The notes under the pieces are model-generated. The model did not search any database and was not told where the DNA came from. It was given only the letters and a program-made list of their open reading frames with translations. 64,000 bases of DNA, taken from the NCBI RefSeq assembly GCF_009914755.1, contig NC_060934.1; one strand, written 5' to 3'. The DNA comes from the human T2T-CHM13v2.0 reference genome, Homo sapiens. Made by a program: the position numbers and the translations under genes. Positions 43,099-59,130 of the stretch are shown in pieces (position 1 is the stretch's first letter; every line of letters begins with the position of its first letter).

Positions 43099-44665
43099 TA
43101 AAACTTTCCCTTTAAGATATCTGCACATACACATGCCTAAAAGCACCGATCATTGAATGAGACTAGAATCAGCCTATCATTTGGTGATTGTTATCCCAAA
43201 TCCCTCATTTTGATAGAATTAAGTATTCCTTTTAATATTATTTCATAGAAATTTTATTCAGCTTTATTTTTCTAAGATAAAAGGTAAGGGATTATGAGTT
43301 TTTTTTTTTTTTTAAAGGATAGTCATCCTCTAAGATCTTCCAGCCCAGAACATTTTATATATTTCCCTGAATAAATTTCACAGCTGCCCGATAGTAGGAC
43401 AGACTGTAAAAGGAAAGCTGCCCTTGCCAGATATTGGTCTCACCATACATAATGTCCTTAGATGTGTTTTGTGCACCGGCTTTTATATCTTTTCACAGTG
43501 ATTACCCTAATCCCTTCTACACAGTGTCTTAACATGAATTGTGAATGTATTGTCACAGTAATAGCTAATGTGAATTAGGTACACCTTGTATAATAGTTTC
43601 AATCCACTCCAATACTGGAATAATATTGACAGGCCGGTAAGCATTTTAAAAAAAATAGTATCACTGTGATTAAGAAAATGAAAGAACTAAGAGGATTATG
43701 AAAAATTACAAAAGACATAAAACACCCAAAGAAACTCTGAATGAAGTCAAGGTCATGATTATGTATATAGAAAGTTAAAGAGGTAAGAGAGAAAATAAAT
43801 GAGCTACAAAATGAGACTGATCAGTTGCAAGGGAAACTTACAAAGGGAAGTACAATTTACTTAAAACTTTTTTCATTTGATTTTCTTTTGTTACATGCTT
43901 TAGCTTGTAAATGGGTTAGGTACTGTTCCATGGGGGAATTCATGTCTGTGTGCATTTTTAATCCCAAAGTGGAACACTAACATTTTCAGCATTTATAGTT
44001 TAACTTTATTCTGAAGCTTTAAAAGAGCACATTTTGGCATCTTCTGTGTAAGATTTATGAATTTTGAGCAAATTTGTGCATGACATTGTCTAACCCATCA
44101 GCCTCTCAGTTCCCCAAAGGATATTAATATATTATGGAATTTATGGGCTGCAGTGTTTCATTTCAAGCCCAGGAGAAGAGTTAGTTCTAAAGTGAATAAA
44201 ATTTCAGACAAAGAATATTTCTATTTTAGTTTTTTCTTTATTTCTGGACTTTAATTGTTGGCAAGATTTAATAGTAGCTACAGATCATTTTGGCAATGCA
44301 TTAAAATATTTTACCATATTGGAGAATTACACTTCTAAATACAGAATATCAATGCCATATGCAAGTAAATCCTAAGGGAAAATAACAGTCATAGAAACAT
44401 GGAGACATAGAGTTTTAAAATTAAATGCTACACTTTGACAAAATAAATAAATATATATATGTATATACATATATATACAAATATATATATAGCATTTTCT
44501 TCCTTCTTTCCTCCTATCTTCTTTTTTTCTACCTCCTTATTTCTTTCATCTTTCCTCCTTCTTTATTTTCCATGATTCATGGACTTCTCCAAATTAAACA
44601 CACTGAGGTGAGGTCTTGAATATTTTCTAGTATATACTTAATGTATTTTAAAAATATGTTCTCTT

Positions 44666-44964
44666 GGCCAGGCGCGGTGGCTCACACCCGTAATTCCAGC
44701 ACTTTAGGAGACTGAAACACATGTATCACTTGAGGTCAGGAGTTCAAGACCAGCCTGGCCAACAGGGTGAAACCCCGTCTCTACTAAAAACACAAAAATT
44801 AGCCAGGCATGGCAGCCCATGCCTGTAGTCCCAGCTACTCAGGAGGCTGAGGCAGGAGAATTACCTGAATCCGGGAGGCAGAGGCTGCAGTGAGCCGAGA
44901 TCGCACCACTGCACTCTAGCTTGGGTGAGAGTGAGAACAGAGAAAGACTCCATCTCAAAAAAAA

Positions 44965-44965
<1 letters not shown>
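44666..44965 (+). mobile_element. AluS
   Basis: Full dimer. Confidence 0.93.
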
Positions 44966-45029
<64 letters not shown>

Positions 45030-45106
45030 TGTGTATATATATACATATATATGTGTATATATACACATATACATACATATATATATGTGTGTATATATAT
45101 ATATAT
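44966..45106. repeat. Compound (TA)n/(CA)/(TG) microsatellite in the Alu tail
   Basis: ~140 nt of alternating purine-pyrimidine; pure (TA)~20 at 44980-45019. Confidence 0.96.
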
Positions 45107-45671
45107 GATGTCTTTGCTCTTATGGTAGCTAAAACTTTCCCAAAAATAGCAGATTGCTTTGATAGAATTGACAGTTCTTACAGTCTTCTCTGTGTCTAAA
45201 TATTGATCTGCATTTCATAAAGTGTTGAAAAGTAATGACACTCACTGGGTCAGATTAGAGTATATTATCTTGGATACTATTGATTTTCTCTGCTTCATTT
45301 TATATTAAAAATGTCTTAAGCACAGGGCAAAAAAAGACCTTTACTTTGGAGATTTTTAAAGTATATTCCTGTATTTCCATTTTTGGCTTGGAGAGACTCT
45401 ATTTTATGGCTTCTTGTTGCCCTTTATTAATCCCTGTTATTTTAATACACAAGGTAAGTCTTAACAAAGACTAAAGATTTGAATTCTTCTGTGTGTTACG
45501 TTTTACTAAGTATGTGAGAAAGATGCTTGTTTAGTTTTTGTTTGCTTTTGGACATGAGTGAAAGCTCATAAGATGTTTGCATGAATATAGGAAGAGTTTA
45601 CGTCTTAAGACTAGATTCCTTCTCACGTTTCTTTAATATTCCCCTAAAGCCTACTAGACTCTGATGAGCTT

Positions 45672-46031
45672 TGTATTAGTCCATTTTCACACTGCTATCA
45701 AGAAGTCCCTGAGATTGAGTAATTTATAAACAAAAGAGGTTTAATTGACTCACAGTTCTGCATGGCTGGGGAGGCCTCAGGAAACCTACAATCATGGCAG
45801 AAGGCGAAGGAAAAGCAAGCACCTTCTTCACAAGGCGGCAGGACAGAAAGAGAAAGAAGGGGAAGTGCCACTTTCAAACCATCAGATCTCATGGGGACTC
45901 ACTATCACAAGAACAGCATAAGAGAAACCACACCCATGATCCAATCACCTCCCACCAGGTCCCTCTCTCAACACGTGGGGATTACAATTCAAGAAGAGAT
46001 TTGGGTGGGGACACAGAGCCAAACCATATCA
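45672..46031 (-). mobile_element. THE1D/MSTA-type MaLR solo LTR
   Basis: tgtattagtcc...gagccaaaccatatca; perfect 5-bp TSD AGCTT. Confidence 0.9.
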
Positions 46032-46276
46032 AGCTTACTGAGAAGTTTGTCCCTGAAGCAAGTTCAGAATTCTCTTTGACATACTTCTATCTGCCAATAT
46101 AAAAGAACAATCAGTCGAGCCACATATGGACATCTTAGTTTATTGTATTTTCTGCAGGAGGGAAATGAGCATACTCAAGCAGTCTTCCCTAGAGGTGAAT
46201 GAACTAAACTTCATTTATGGGAATTAGTAAGCACTTACACTTTCTAAATTTCAGCTTTGCATTTGAGGTGCCTATG

Positions 46277-46795
46277 TTTTTTAACTTTTATTTTAGGTTC
46301 AGGGGTACCTGTGTAGGTTTGTTTTATAGGTAAATTATCATGGGAGTTTATTGTACAGATTATTTCATTAGCCAGGTAATAAGCATAGTACCCAATAGGT
46401 AGTTTTTTAATCCTCACCCTCCTGCCTCCCTCTATCCTCAAGTAGGCTCTGGTATCTGTTGTTCCCTTCTTTGTGTCCGTATGTACTCAATGTTTAACAC
46501 ACACTTACAAGTGAGAACATAGGGTATTTGGCTTTCTGGTCCTGTGTTAGTTTGCTTAGGACAACGGCCTCCACCTCTTTCCGTGTTGCTTCCTTCAAAG
46601 AATAGGATCTCATTCTTTTTCTGTGGCTGCATAGAATTCTATGGTGTATATGGACAACATTTTCTTGATCCAATCTACCGTTGATGAGCATTTAGGTTGA
46701 TTCCATGTCTTTGCTATTGTAAACAGTGCTGTAATGGACATAATGTGTCTTTTTGGTAGAATAATTTGTATCCTTTTGAGTATATACCCAGGATA
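46277..46795 (-). mobile_element. Older L1PA (approx. PA12-16) 3' end
   Basis: aacttttattttaggttcaggggtac...agcatagtacccaatagg...cacttacaagtgagaacat. Confidence 0.88.
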
Positions 46796-47847
46796 CTCTA
46801 AATTCTGTCTGCAAATCTCCATAAATATGCAAAATCTGTACCATTTGATCAAGCATGATATTAAACTGGAAACCAACTAGTGAAAGCATTTAAAATCAAA
46901 GCATATCAATGAAGTGCTCCCTGCAGCTTCAGATTTAACAGTCTCTAATTAAGCCGTCATAATACCTGCTAATATACGTTCATCTAAAGCCCATAGAAAG
47001 AAGCTGGAATAGAGATGCTTGTACTGTGTAGGAAATTGTAGAATCATTGCAGTAGCCAAAAAAAAAAAAAAAAAAAGGTTAAATAATATGAGAGTAGAAA
47101 AATGCTTTCTCCAAAACTATGTGTGCAATTTTGGTCCCTCCATTCAGATGGTCACTCTAAAGCATTTTGAAATAGTCATTGGTATGTGACACAAAGAAAG
47201 TCTTGTAATATTTTGGAATTGAGTATGCTACATTTTTCCTTAAATGACTTGCTCTGTTAGAACACATCAAGTCATGTCATACTCATAGATCTCTAAATAT
47301 TTATTTTGTCTTCTGGTTAGTATTGAGAATCCATGAAAGCTGTTTATTTTATTAAAATAATCGTCATCCAAAAATGTTATTAAATGGTTATTTGGATAGT
47401 AATAAACTAGACTCTGTACAAATTGTGTTATTAGATATGGCCATGGTGTCTTGACATCTAAAGCAGAAATGTAAAGGAACATTTTTAAAAGGAGATAATG
47501 TCACTAAATTATTATTGGAAGTATGAATAAATAATAATTGGGAGAGAAGTATTTATGTCTAAATAAAGGTAGCGAGGTTTACCACACTCAAGGTGCAAAT
47601 CTGGTTATGGTTGTTATATTCCAAACATTGGCAACTTACGCCCTGCAGGACAAAATTAATTTTATTTCTGACAAGGACTCTTATTAAGTGAAACATGACC
47701 CTTGCCCTCTTTTTCCTTCCTGGGAAAAGCTGCCTCCTTAGCAAGTTCTGGTCCTCCAGCACATTTGGGAAGTAGCAACCTGAGGTCAACTCACAAATAC
47801 CTTAATCTTCCCTCTCCATTCCTGCATACACAAAAGAAGTAAGGCTA

Positions 47848-48138
<291 letters not shown>

Positions 48139-48266
48139 GAAGAAGAAGTGAGGCGGAAATTTGTGAGGCTAAAACTTGGCATGCTGTGTATAAAGGACTG
48201 TTTATGATGGCAGATACTGACCTAAAACCTATCCCAAAGACAAACCCCAGAAATAGAATCAGACAC

Positions 48267-48390
48267 TGGATGGGTGGATAGATGGATGCATGGATGGATG
48301 GATGGATGGATGGAGAAAGGGAGGATAAGAAACAGCAAGAAAGAGAGGGATGGAGGGATGGAAAGACGAGTGGAAGAGGGAGGGAAGGAT
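48267..48390. repeat. (GGAT)n followed by GA-rich low complexity
   Basis: Direct reading. Confidence 0.88.
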
Positions 48391-49063
48391 TTGAAGAAAC
48401 AGTCAAGTCTTCATTTTTGACTCAAAAATATCTACTATTTTTGCTACATTTTCCCTAAAGCCACATTTTCAATTAATCCTATTTTCCCAGGAGAGCACTG
48501 TGTCATACTCTTATAAAAATAAGAAAATAGACAAGTCCACAAGATGCGATAATATAAGCATACATAAGAATGAGGCCAAAGTTTTAAAAGCAACACATTT
48601 TAAGGGCAAAAACATAGTTTATATATTGTTGTGAATCTGACTGTGTAATTTGTCTCAACCTGCCTCATATAAAAAGTATGATAATAACATAATATCTCAA
48701 TATTCATTAAGTGCTTATTATGAGTCAGGTACTCTCCTAAGAACTTTATATGTATTAAATGTGGAATTCTCACATCAACCCTATGGGGTAATTACTGTTA
48801 TTGACTGCGTTTTGGAGATAAGGTTAACTGAAGATCAGACAGATGAGGTCATTTATTATAGCCTCATTTGATTTTTATTGGCAATGTGGTCATTCTAATA
48901 CTGTAACCTATTTCCAAAAGCCTTTATTTTTATCTTTTTCCTTCCTCTCTTTTCCTCCTCCCTTCTCACCAAATATGGATGAAAATGTTTATGATGGCAG
49001 ATACTGACCTAAGACCCAGCCCAAAGACATAGCCTCTGTCATCTTGGAGGTGCAATGTTAATC

Positions 49064-49362
<299 letters not shown>

Positions 49363-49514
49363 TAATTCTTTAACTGTTTTTTACATTAGTTTTTCTTTGC
49401 TTGAAATTACCAGATTCTTTTCAGAATTATTTCCTAGAAGAACTCACAACATGAAATAAGAGGAAATAGCAGGACCTACAGCCCAGTGTTCATTGAGGAG
49501 GTATTGATCAGAGG

Positions 49515-49720
49515 TCCAGAATTCAGACTTGGAGGCCAGACTGCTGGTGTGTGAGCTCAGTTCTACCTTAATAATTTTGCAACCCTAGCTCATTTTTTAA
49601 TTATCCTGTGCCTCAATTTCCTTACCTATAAAACAGAAATAATAATAGTGCCTACCTCTTAGGGTTGTTGGTTTGGTACTTGCAAAGTAATACAACTATC
49701 CCTGACACAGTATAAATGAA
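49515..49720. mobile_element. MIR
   Basis: ctgtgcctcaatttccttacctataaaacagaaataataatagtgcctacctc core. Confidence 0.75.
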
Positions 49721-50116
49721 CTATTATATAATGAATTACTCTAAATTTGATCTTCTTTCACTAATTAATTTCTGTTACATAAGGGAAATCTTTAGAATTT
49801 TCAGCCTTACTAGATTTGGAGAAGGATAACTGAACACCAACAATGGTTCTCAAGCAAAGAGTAAACAACAGCAATAAAAACGTAGAGGGGAGGTGGAAAG
49901 AATTAGGAGGTCATATTTCTCCACTTTATCTGGAATTCCGTCAGTTCATGTGGACCACACATTGTGATAGACATCCATATTTGGTTTTTCTTTAAAAAAA
50001 GGTAAAATAAAAGAAAGACATCAGTGCTTATTAAATGAAGTTTAATAGACAAAAAAAGCTTATAACATAGAGGCAAATCGTAAAAATAACGAAGAGGTAA
50101 ATTGGTCATGAAATTA

Positions 50117-50483
<367 letters not shown>

Positions 50484-51177
50484 TTAAAAAATTATGTCAT
50501 GATTCAGAATACCAGTCATATGGTGCACTTAAGATACAACTTACTGTATCTTACAATTATACTGCACATAATTCAGGAAGATCTCTAAATGCCTGAGTAA
50601 TCATCAGTGATTACAGAATTTTAGAAAAAGAGAAGACTTTAGAGATTAGTTGTATTTGGCTGGTTGGCTTTGGTTAGGATAGTTATTACTTTATAAATTT
50701 AATTCCTCCCTTTGCTAATTCAGAAAATGTGTATTACAGTGGAAAGCATCTCAGTAAAAGTTAGAGGAAATTATATTGTTCTGGGGTGTAGTGGAAAGTT
50801 TTCCTTTGCTGTGGCGCTCCTTTTAGTGATCAAAACTATTTGAGGGTCATTAAGCATCCATCTGTTACACTTTTAAAAAGTATTTTTGTTTAAAACAGAT
50901 TTTTCACAAATTATGCTTGGAGTTCATGCACAGACTTTCTGAAAATGCCTATAGAGCTTATCAAAAGATGTCCGATACTCTTTAATTTAAAATTTCCAAA
51001 AGAAAATGAGAGGAGCTTTCAAAATTAATCAGCTTTTCCATAGGTAACTTTGGTGGTTTAATGAGAAAAATCAAAGTTAAATTTAGTGTGTAGTTAATTA
51101 GAGTTTGAGGTTTCCCACAGTACTTTGAGAATAAAAGCTATTCATTTTGCTTATCAAACTAGAAATTTTAAAACACA

Positions 51178-51475
<298 letters not shown>

Positions 51476-51651
51476 CACAGTGATAAATGTATTTTTACTC
51501 ATGAATCCTATGGATTCTTCATTGCCCATATGAAGAGCACGTCACCTGTAAAATTGATGTTGCAGAAAAGTTGTCCAGGAAGTAAAGATCCAGTCGTACT
51601 TTATTAAAAACACAAATATCTCCTCAGATGAAAATGCAAACTTGAGGGTAA

Positions 51652-51870
<219 letters not shown>

Positions 51871-52692
51871 TGAAAACCACGCCAGTTGATGAACTGTATC
51901 CGTTTGCTAACACCACCTGGATTTAATATTTACCACATGGCTTCTCCATTTTTCAGTTCGAGCTTTCTGATTTCACACACATGGATGTTGTCCCCCATGC
52001 ACTCACGTACATATTGATAGATTGCTTTCAGATGATGGATTCAGTTACCTTATCTCAGGAGCTTTTAAAGACATAAACTATCTTGTCTTTCTAAGATCTA
52101 AAAGAAAATGGGAACCATAGTTTTTGGTCCTTTTATACCAAGTATGTTAACCAGCTGTTCTCCTTGTTCTAGGAGGAAATACTACGTATCTGGGGGGCTG
52201 AAGACTTAGCTTAAGTTAATTGCTCAGTAAATGCTAATTGAGTATTGGCTGTATGCATGATACAATATGATGGGCCTCTTCTCAAAATGCTCACAAACCG
52301 TTTGGAAAAAATATGGTTTTCACCACAAAATGACAGATGTAAAAATAAAAAATGGTATGTGCTGTTGCCATTTTGCATAATGTATGTACACTTGTACATT
52401 TATATATAAATGCAGAGAGACGCATATCCACACACTCAGACACACAATGAGAACACCATGCTGAATAAGTGTTATGTCTTCATGTACGGAATGTAGGTTT
52501 AGTGCCAATGCCAAGGAGCAAACAGGTGGGAAGACAAGGGGCTGTGCATAAGGAGCCATGGCTAAGCCCTGGGGTCTAAAAGGCTGAAACCAGCAAGCCT
52601 GGAGACCAGTGGATACAGTCTGTGTGTCTGTGTGACGAAGTCACCTCTGTCCTCCAGAAGGTTGGGTTTCCTGGGCCCCATGCATATGCAGG

Positions 52693-53006
<314 letters not shown>

Positions 53007-53520
53007 TGACTCTAACATCTAAATGGAACCACTCCTCTTCCAACACCAGATAGAACTAGAAATACTAAAGCAATAAAAGAAATCTTCTCTTGCAGAATTT
53101 CAAACATGTAATTAGAATTATTCATTGTATGACACATGGAAAGGTTGCTTGGAATTATGTTCACTTGTTGAGCGAGAAATTATAATGCCTTTTTTTTAAT
53201 GACTTTTAAACTATAGAGTTAAAATTACCTATGCCACTTATAATGGGGAGGGGTGAATAAATGCAAATCAAACAATTGCTTAAATGTCCTTGATAGCTCA
53301 CAACTGTCTGTAGAAGAAAGTGCCGTCTCCTTTTCCTTCTGTGGGGGCTCAAGGCCTTGGCACTCTCAATCTTATGTGTCATTTCAATCTTTATTCCCTT
53401 GGCTCCCTAATCTGGAGTTGGCACTTCTGTCAAATTTCATGCTTTGTCTCTGTACACAGCCCAAATTCTCCATGTCACAAAGACATTGCTCATTCTAGTT
53501 CCTCCATCAAAAATTCCTCC

Positions 53521-53835
53521 TGGTGAGGTATGGTGACTCACATCTGTAATCCCAGCACTTTGGGAAGCTGAGGCAGACAGATTGCTTGAGCCCAGGAGTT
53601 TGGCACCAGCCTGGGCAACATGGTGAAACTTCATCTCTACAAAAAAAAAAAAAAAAGAAAAAAAGAAAAAAATGAATGGGGCATGGTGGCACATGCCTGT
53701 AGTCCAAGCTACTTGGGAGGCTGAAATGGTAGGATTGCTTGAGCCCAGGAAATCAAAGCTGCAGGGAACAGTGACTGTGCCACTGCATTCTAGCCTGGGT
53801 AATAGAGTGAGGCCTGGTCTAGGAAAAAAAAAAAA
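53521..53835 (+). mobile_element. AluJ
   Basis: Full dimer with long A linker; TSD aaaaatt(t)cctcc. Confidence 0.9.
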
Positions 53836-55657
53836 TTTCCTCCCTTCCCATATTAGTTCTTGAATTTAGGAGCCAAAAGGCCTTTGATACTGTGTACCCC
53901 ATAAGCTTCTCTAGACCATCTTCCTGCCTCGGCAGCTGGGTATAATCTCTTTCTCTTCTGAAACTCTATCTGCAGGGATACACCCCTACCTTTCTCTGGC
54001 ATTCATCTTTCTGTTTTGCATTAGAGTCCAGTATGCGCATGATTTATTCCGCCCTGCAAGACTTGTAAGTGCCTTAAGATTTGGATTAAATCACTTACAT
54101 TTCCTTTGAAAAATAGGGATTCTGCCAATATTTCCTGGAAAAACGTTCATAATAAATATCCTAGGACATTTCAGACTTCCAGTGAAATTTCATATAAAAC
54201 GTATTTCAGAAATGGCATCTTCATTTGATATCAGTAATTGAGATATTATCACGCATTGCCTTGAATTGGAAGTCTGTTATTAAGTTCTGTTAATGTGCTT
54301 CGTTTTCTTGGAAGAAAGTAGACAACCTTCTCAAAGTTACAAATGCATTCTTCAAAGAGCTGCTGAGTGACAAGCTAGAAAGCCTCAGGGACTAGCCAGA
54401 CCTCAGGCTGCTGCTACTGCCGTAACCCCTCACACGTTTAAGCCTTTTCAAACTGTGCAGTTTATTTTCTGACATGGTGAAAAAGAAGACACTGAAATAT
54501 CTGTTGGTGATGGTATTAGCAGCAAATTGCATAGTATGAAAGATCTAGTTAAAGCTGGTTCAAAGGAACCCCTGTATGACTGCAAAATAGTGGAATATTG
54601 TTTTGAGTATTAGTCTCATTGTCTTATGTCTCAGAGCCTGTATGTCCATAGGTGTGGAGTGTTTACATGTGTATACGTACACATGTATTTATAGAATATT
54701 AGAGCTAGATGGAATCTTAGAGATAATTTAGTTCTATACTCTCCTAACACAAAAGGAGAGACTGAGTGAGGCTCAGAAGAGTGGAATGACTTATCCAAGG
54801 TCAAAGAGTCATAGTTCTAAGAATAACTCTTTCTTCTTTTCACATGTAAGTGAAGCAGATTCATTCAGCAGGTCTCCCAGCTTTTCTCCGCTTGGCTTTT
54901 TTTCCTTCCTGTGGAGTCAGTTGCCAGAGTCTGCTTAAATCACTACCTATCTGACATGCTGCTGGGGTCATGCGGCTCACAGTGGCTGGTAAGCAGCTGA
55001 TTTTTGGAGGTGATAATCATAAATTTACTATTATTAAAACTGACCACTGTTTACAAAATCAAAACAGATCCACAATGACCATGGTTTGTGATACGCAGAC
55101 GCGTGGATTTAAGATTTTTGAATTATTAGCTACATTAGAATTGTTGTTGCATAAATGAGGGAACTGAATATAACAACATTCTTTTCTTGCCTTTTATGTT
55201 CCATATTATATTCCTATCTACTTTTGAAGTGAAATTGATGTGCTTTCTTCTTTTATGAAAGTGATACCATTCTTTGTAGGAAATTGAGACAATGCAGAAA
55301 TGTAAAAGGAAGAAGAAATGCCATTTACAGTTCCAGCATGCAGAAATGATGACTATTAATAGTTTAATTTATTTTCTTCTGGAATTTTTATGTACATAAT
55401 TTGATGTTTGCCCATTTAACACAGTGGTGATTTCACTGTAATACAAATAGGTATTCTTTTTTAAAGAACATTTTTCTGTTTTATTATGATGGCTTTGTAA
55501 ACATCATTTTAATATTTGTATTCTATTCTATTCAACATTCATTCAATAGCTTTATATTGACTGCCTCTTATGCAGTCAAGTGGTAACTGGGAATGCACTG
55601 AGAGCCTAACATGTGCCTAGAAGTCAAAAAGGACCTCTTTTCATTCAGATGAAGACT

Positions 55658-56112
55658 GTGTGTTAGTTTTCTACTGCTGTTGTAACAAATTGCCACAAAC
55701 CTAGTTACTTAAAATAACACACACTTGTCTTACAGCTCTGGAAGTCAGAAGTGCTAAAATCAGGATATGGACAGGGCTGGTTCCTTCTGGAGGTTTCAGG
55801 GGATAATCGTTTCCTTGCCATTTTCAGCTTCCACATGCCGCATGTGTTCCTTGGCTCATGGTTTCTTCTCATATCATTCCAACTTCTGTTCCCACCGTCA
55901 CATCTCCTACCACTAACGTTGACCCTCCAGCCTCCTTTTTGTAAGGCCCCCTTGTGACTACATTGGGCTCACCTGGGTAATCTAGGGTACTCTCTGCATC
56001 TCAAGGTCCTTAACTGAACCACATCTGCAAAGTTCCTTTTTACCGTGTAAGGTAACATTGACACCTTTTGGAGATTAGGACATGGACATCTTTGGGAGGC
56101 CATTATTCTGTT
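55658..56112. mobile_element. MLT1-type MaLR LTR
   Basis: tgtgttagttttctactgctgttgtaacaaattgccacaaac...ccacatctgcaaagttcctttt...ggattaggacatggacatcttt. Confidence 0.85.
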
Positions 56113-56249
56113 GAGCACAGAGTGCATCAAATGTGAGATGCATCACACGCTTCCAATTAAACTCTAACACACCCTTGACTGCAAGATATGTCCCAGTTTC
56201 AATTATATTAAAATGTAACCCAATGGATATCTTGAATATTTCACAGTGA

Positions 56250-56638
<389 letters not shown>

Positions 56639-56759
56639 TTCATGACTCTATCCTTGAGTGTATATATCAGAGCTCATGCACCCAGTCTCCTATTGCAGAG
56701 CAATGGTGCTCTTCCTACTTTTTCTTATTTTTAATCTTCCCCATTATAAACATATTAAT

Positions 56760-56990
56760 AGTAACAGCCAACATTTATCAAATTCACTAATAAAGTGATT
56801 GACACTTATTACCTCATTTAATCCTCATGAAGACTGTGTGTGATACAAAGATTATCTTCATCTCATAGACGAGGAGGCTGAAGCACGGGCCTTAAGTAAG
56901 TTCTCAACATCACGCATTTGGTCAGTAGTGGAGTCAGGATTTAAGCCCAGGCTCTCCAACTCCAGAGACTATGCCCATAACCACCAGGCT
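56760..56990. mobile_element. MIR
   Basis: ctcatttaatcctca...gaggaggctgaagcac...ggatttaagcccagg. Confidence 0.75.
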
Positions 56991-58542
56991 GTGCTGCCTC
57001 TGTATGTATAAAGAGTTTTTCTTCATATGCTGTATGTAGAAATGCAGGCTGATATACATGCAAGGACATACATTATGTCCTTGGAACAGATTTCCAGAAG
57101 TAGAATCAAAGGAAAGAAATGAATGGTATAAAAGAACTTAGTAAATATTGCCAAAAGCATGACACCAATTCATGTAGCTGTTGCTATTGTTGTCTATTTT
57201 TAGTGATGATAATGTCAGTGGCTGTTATCTGTGTATTTTTTTCTTGCAGAAAATATACACCAGTTATTATACATTTTGTGGACACCAACACTCTTCCTTA
57301 TATAAAATACTTACATGGGCTTTAGCTTTTAGATTTCTTACTGTAAAAAGGAAATGAGATAATTAAGCAAATCATCACTCCATAAACAAGTGAATTAACT
57401 ATATACATCCCATGTCTTCTTATACAAGATTAGGTACAAGAGTTCCATTCTCCTAAAACATTCCATTTCTATTCAGTCAAGCAGAATAGCCTATTTTTTT
57501 TATTAACTTATCTTCTATATTGCTCCATCATTCTCAGATCTTAGACTGGGCAGTTTCTTCAACTGACTGGCTTGCATTTCAAGTTATGTGTCTAGCTTTT
57601 CACAGTAATTTTCTAAAGGGTGTCTGATTTTGGCGAAAATCTATCACATTATGTACAAGAATGTCTACATATGCTTTAAGTTTTTTTAAAAAAATGAAAT
57701 TTATTATCTTGAAACAAAATAGCAGAGAATACATATTTAAGTAAGCATGAATTCCTTAATTTTTAAAAGATCTTGATGAAACTAGTATCTTTTTGGAAGG
57801 GTCAATATATCTAGGTTCTACATTAAATTTAATGATTGTTCAACATTGCTAGGCATAAATTTTGTGACTTGTAATATATTTTATTGTTTCATGAACATAG
57901 GTCACGGAGATAAATGTTTACACTCTTGAGTGGTATTCTACACATATCACTATTCAAGATTTTTAAATAAAATACATAAAATGTAATCTAACTGAAGGTC
58001 AAGAAAATAATATTACAAAGTGATAATCATACAAAATCAACATTCCTATGAAAGGATTCTATTTGGACTATAACGAAATAGTTTAGACTAGCCATCTTGC
58101 TGAAAGTATTAATGTTGAACATTGTCCTTAATTTTTCTTAGTATACATAAATAATTGCTAGTATTTGGACACTCATGTACAGTTTTGATTGCTCTGTTCA
58201 CATAAAAATGAAGAGAAATTGATAAGAACCTCATGATAAAAATGATTATAGCCTTGGAAAATAGATTCTATGAGTAAAATATTGGAGGGTTAAAAAAAAA
58301 AAAAGTGAAAACTAAGAGTACCTAATCCTGCCATTTATGCTGCAAAGCTTTGAAATGTCCTCAGAGAGAAAGGAGTCAGTTCAAATGATTAATTTAAAAT
58401 GAAATCAGAAGAAGCAAAAATTATAGGAACACTGGCCCTTGTATTTCAGGAGGGGACTGATATCGTGCAATGGCAATGGAGTTTGCCTGTAAATAGTGGT
58501 TATAATTCCTACCTTAAGGATTGGAGAAATACAGAGTATAGA

Positions 58543-58845
58543 CCTGTGCTGTCAATATGTGGCTGCTGCCTATATGGACTTCTGAGCTCTTAAAATCTGA
58601 CTAGTCTAGAACAAGTTATATGTAAAACATACACTGGATTTTGAAATCTGAGTACAAAAAATAATGTCAATATCTCATCAATAATTTCTGTATAATTACA
58701 TGTTGAAATGATAGTATCTTGGATATGCTGGATTAAATAAATTTTATTACAATTAATTTTATTCATGTTTACTTCTTAAATGGACACTAGACACTTTTAA
58801 AATTATATATTTGGTTCACATTATATTTCTATTGGATGATGCTGG
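58543..58845. mobile_element. MER33/MER3-like hAT fossil
   Basis: cctgtgctgtcaatatg start; ttacatgttgaaatgata...ttatatttctattggatgatgctgg end. Confidence 0.75.
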
Positions 58846-58984
58846 TTTGTAGAGAAGACTTTGCAGAGACAAAGAATTAGAAAGAAAAGTTGGTTCCATA
58901 TTTTTTAAAAGTAGGAAATCAACTGGTTTTTAGCAAGAGGGAAAGGAGGAGCTTATGAGGAGGCAGAAGGCTGGATAAGTTGAC

Positions 58985-59130
58985 CAGTCACTCATTCATG
59001 TGTTTAATATTTGTTGAGCTTCTATTATGCACCAAGTCCCCAAGATACATTGGTAAACAAAATGAACAAGATCATCCTTTCCTTCAGGGAGCTTACATTC
59101 CAGTGGGTGGAGACAGATGATAAACACATT
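58985..59130. mobile_element. L2 3' end
   Basis: tcattca...atatttgttgagcttctattatgcaccaag...ggagcttacattccagtggg. Confidence 0.7.

Noticed and set aside
44839-45199. YI-repeat ORFs on both strands
   Set aside because: Artefact of the (TA)n microsatellite.
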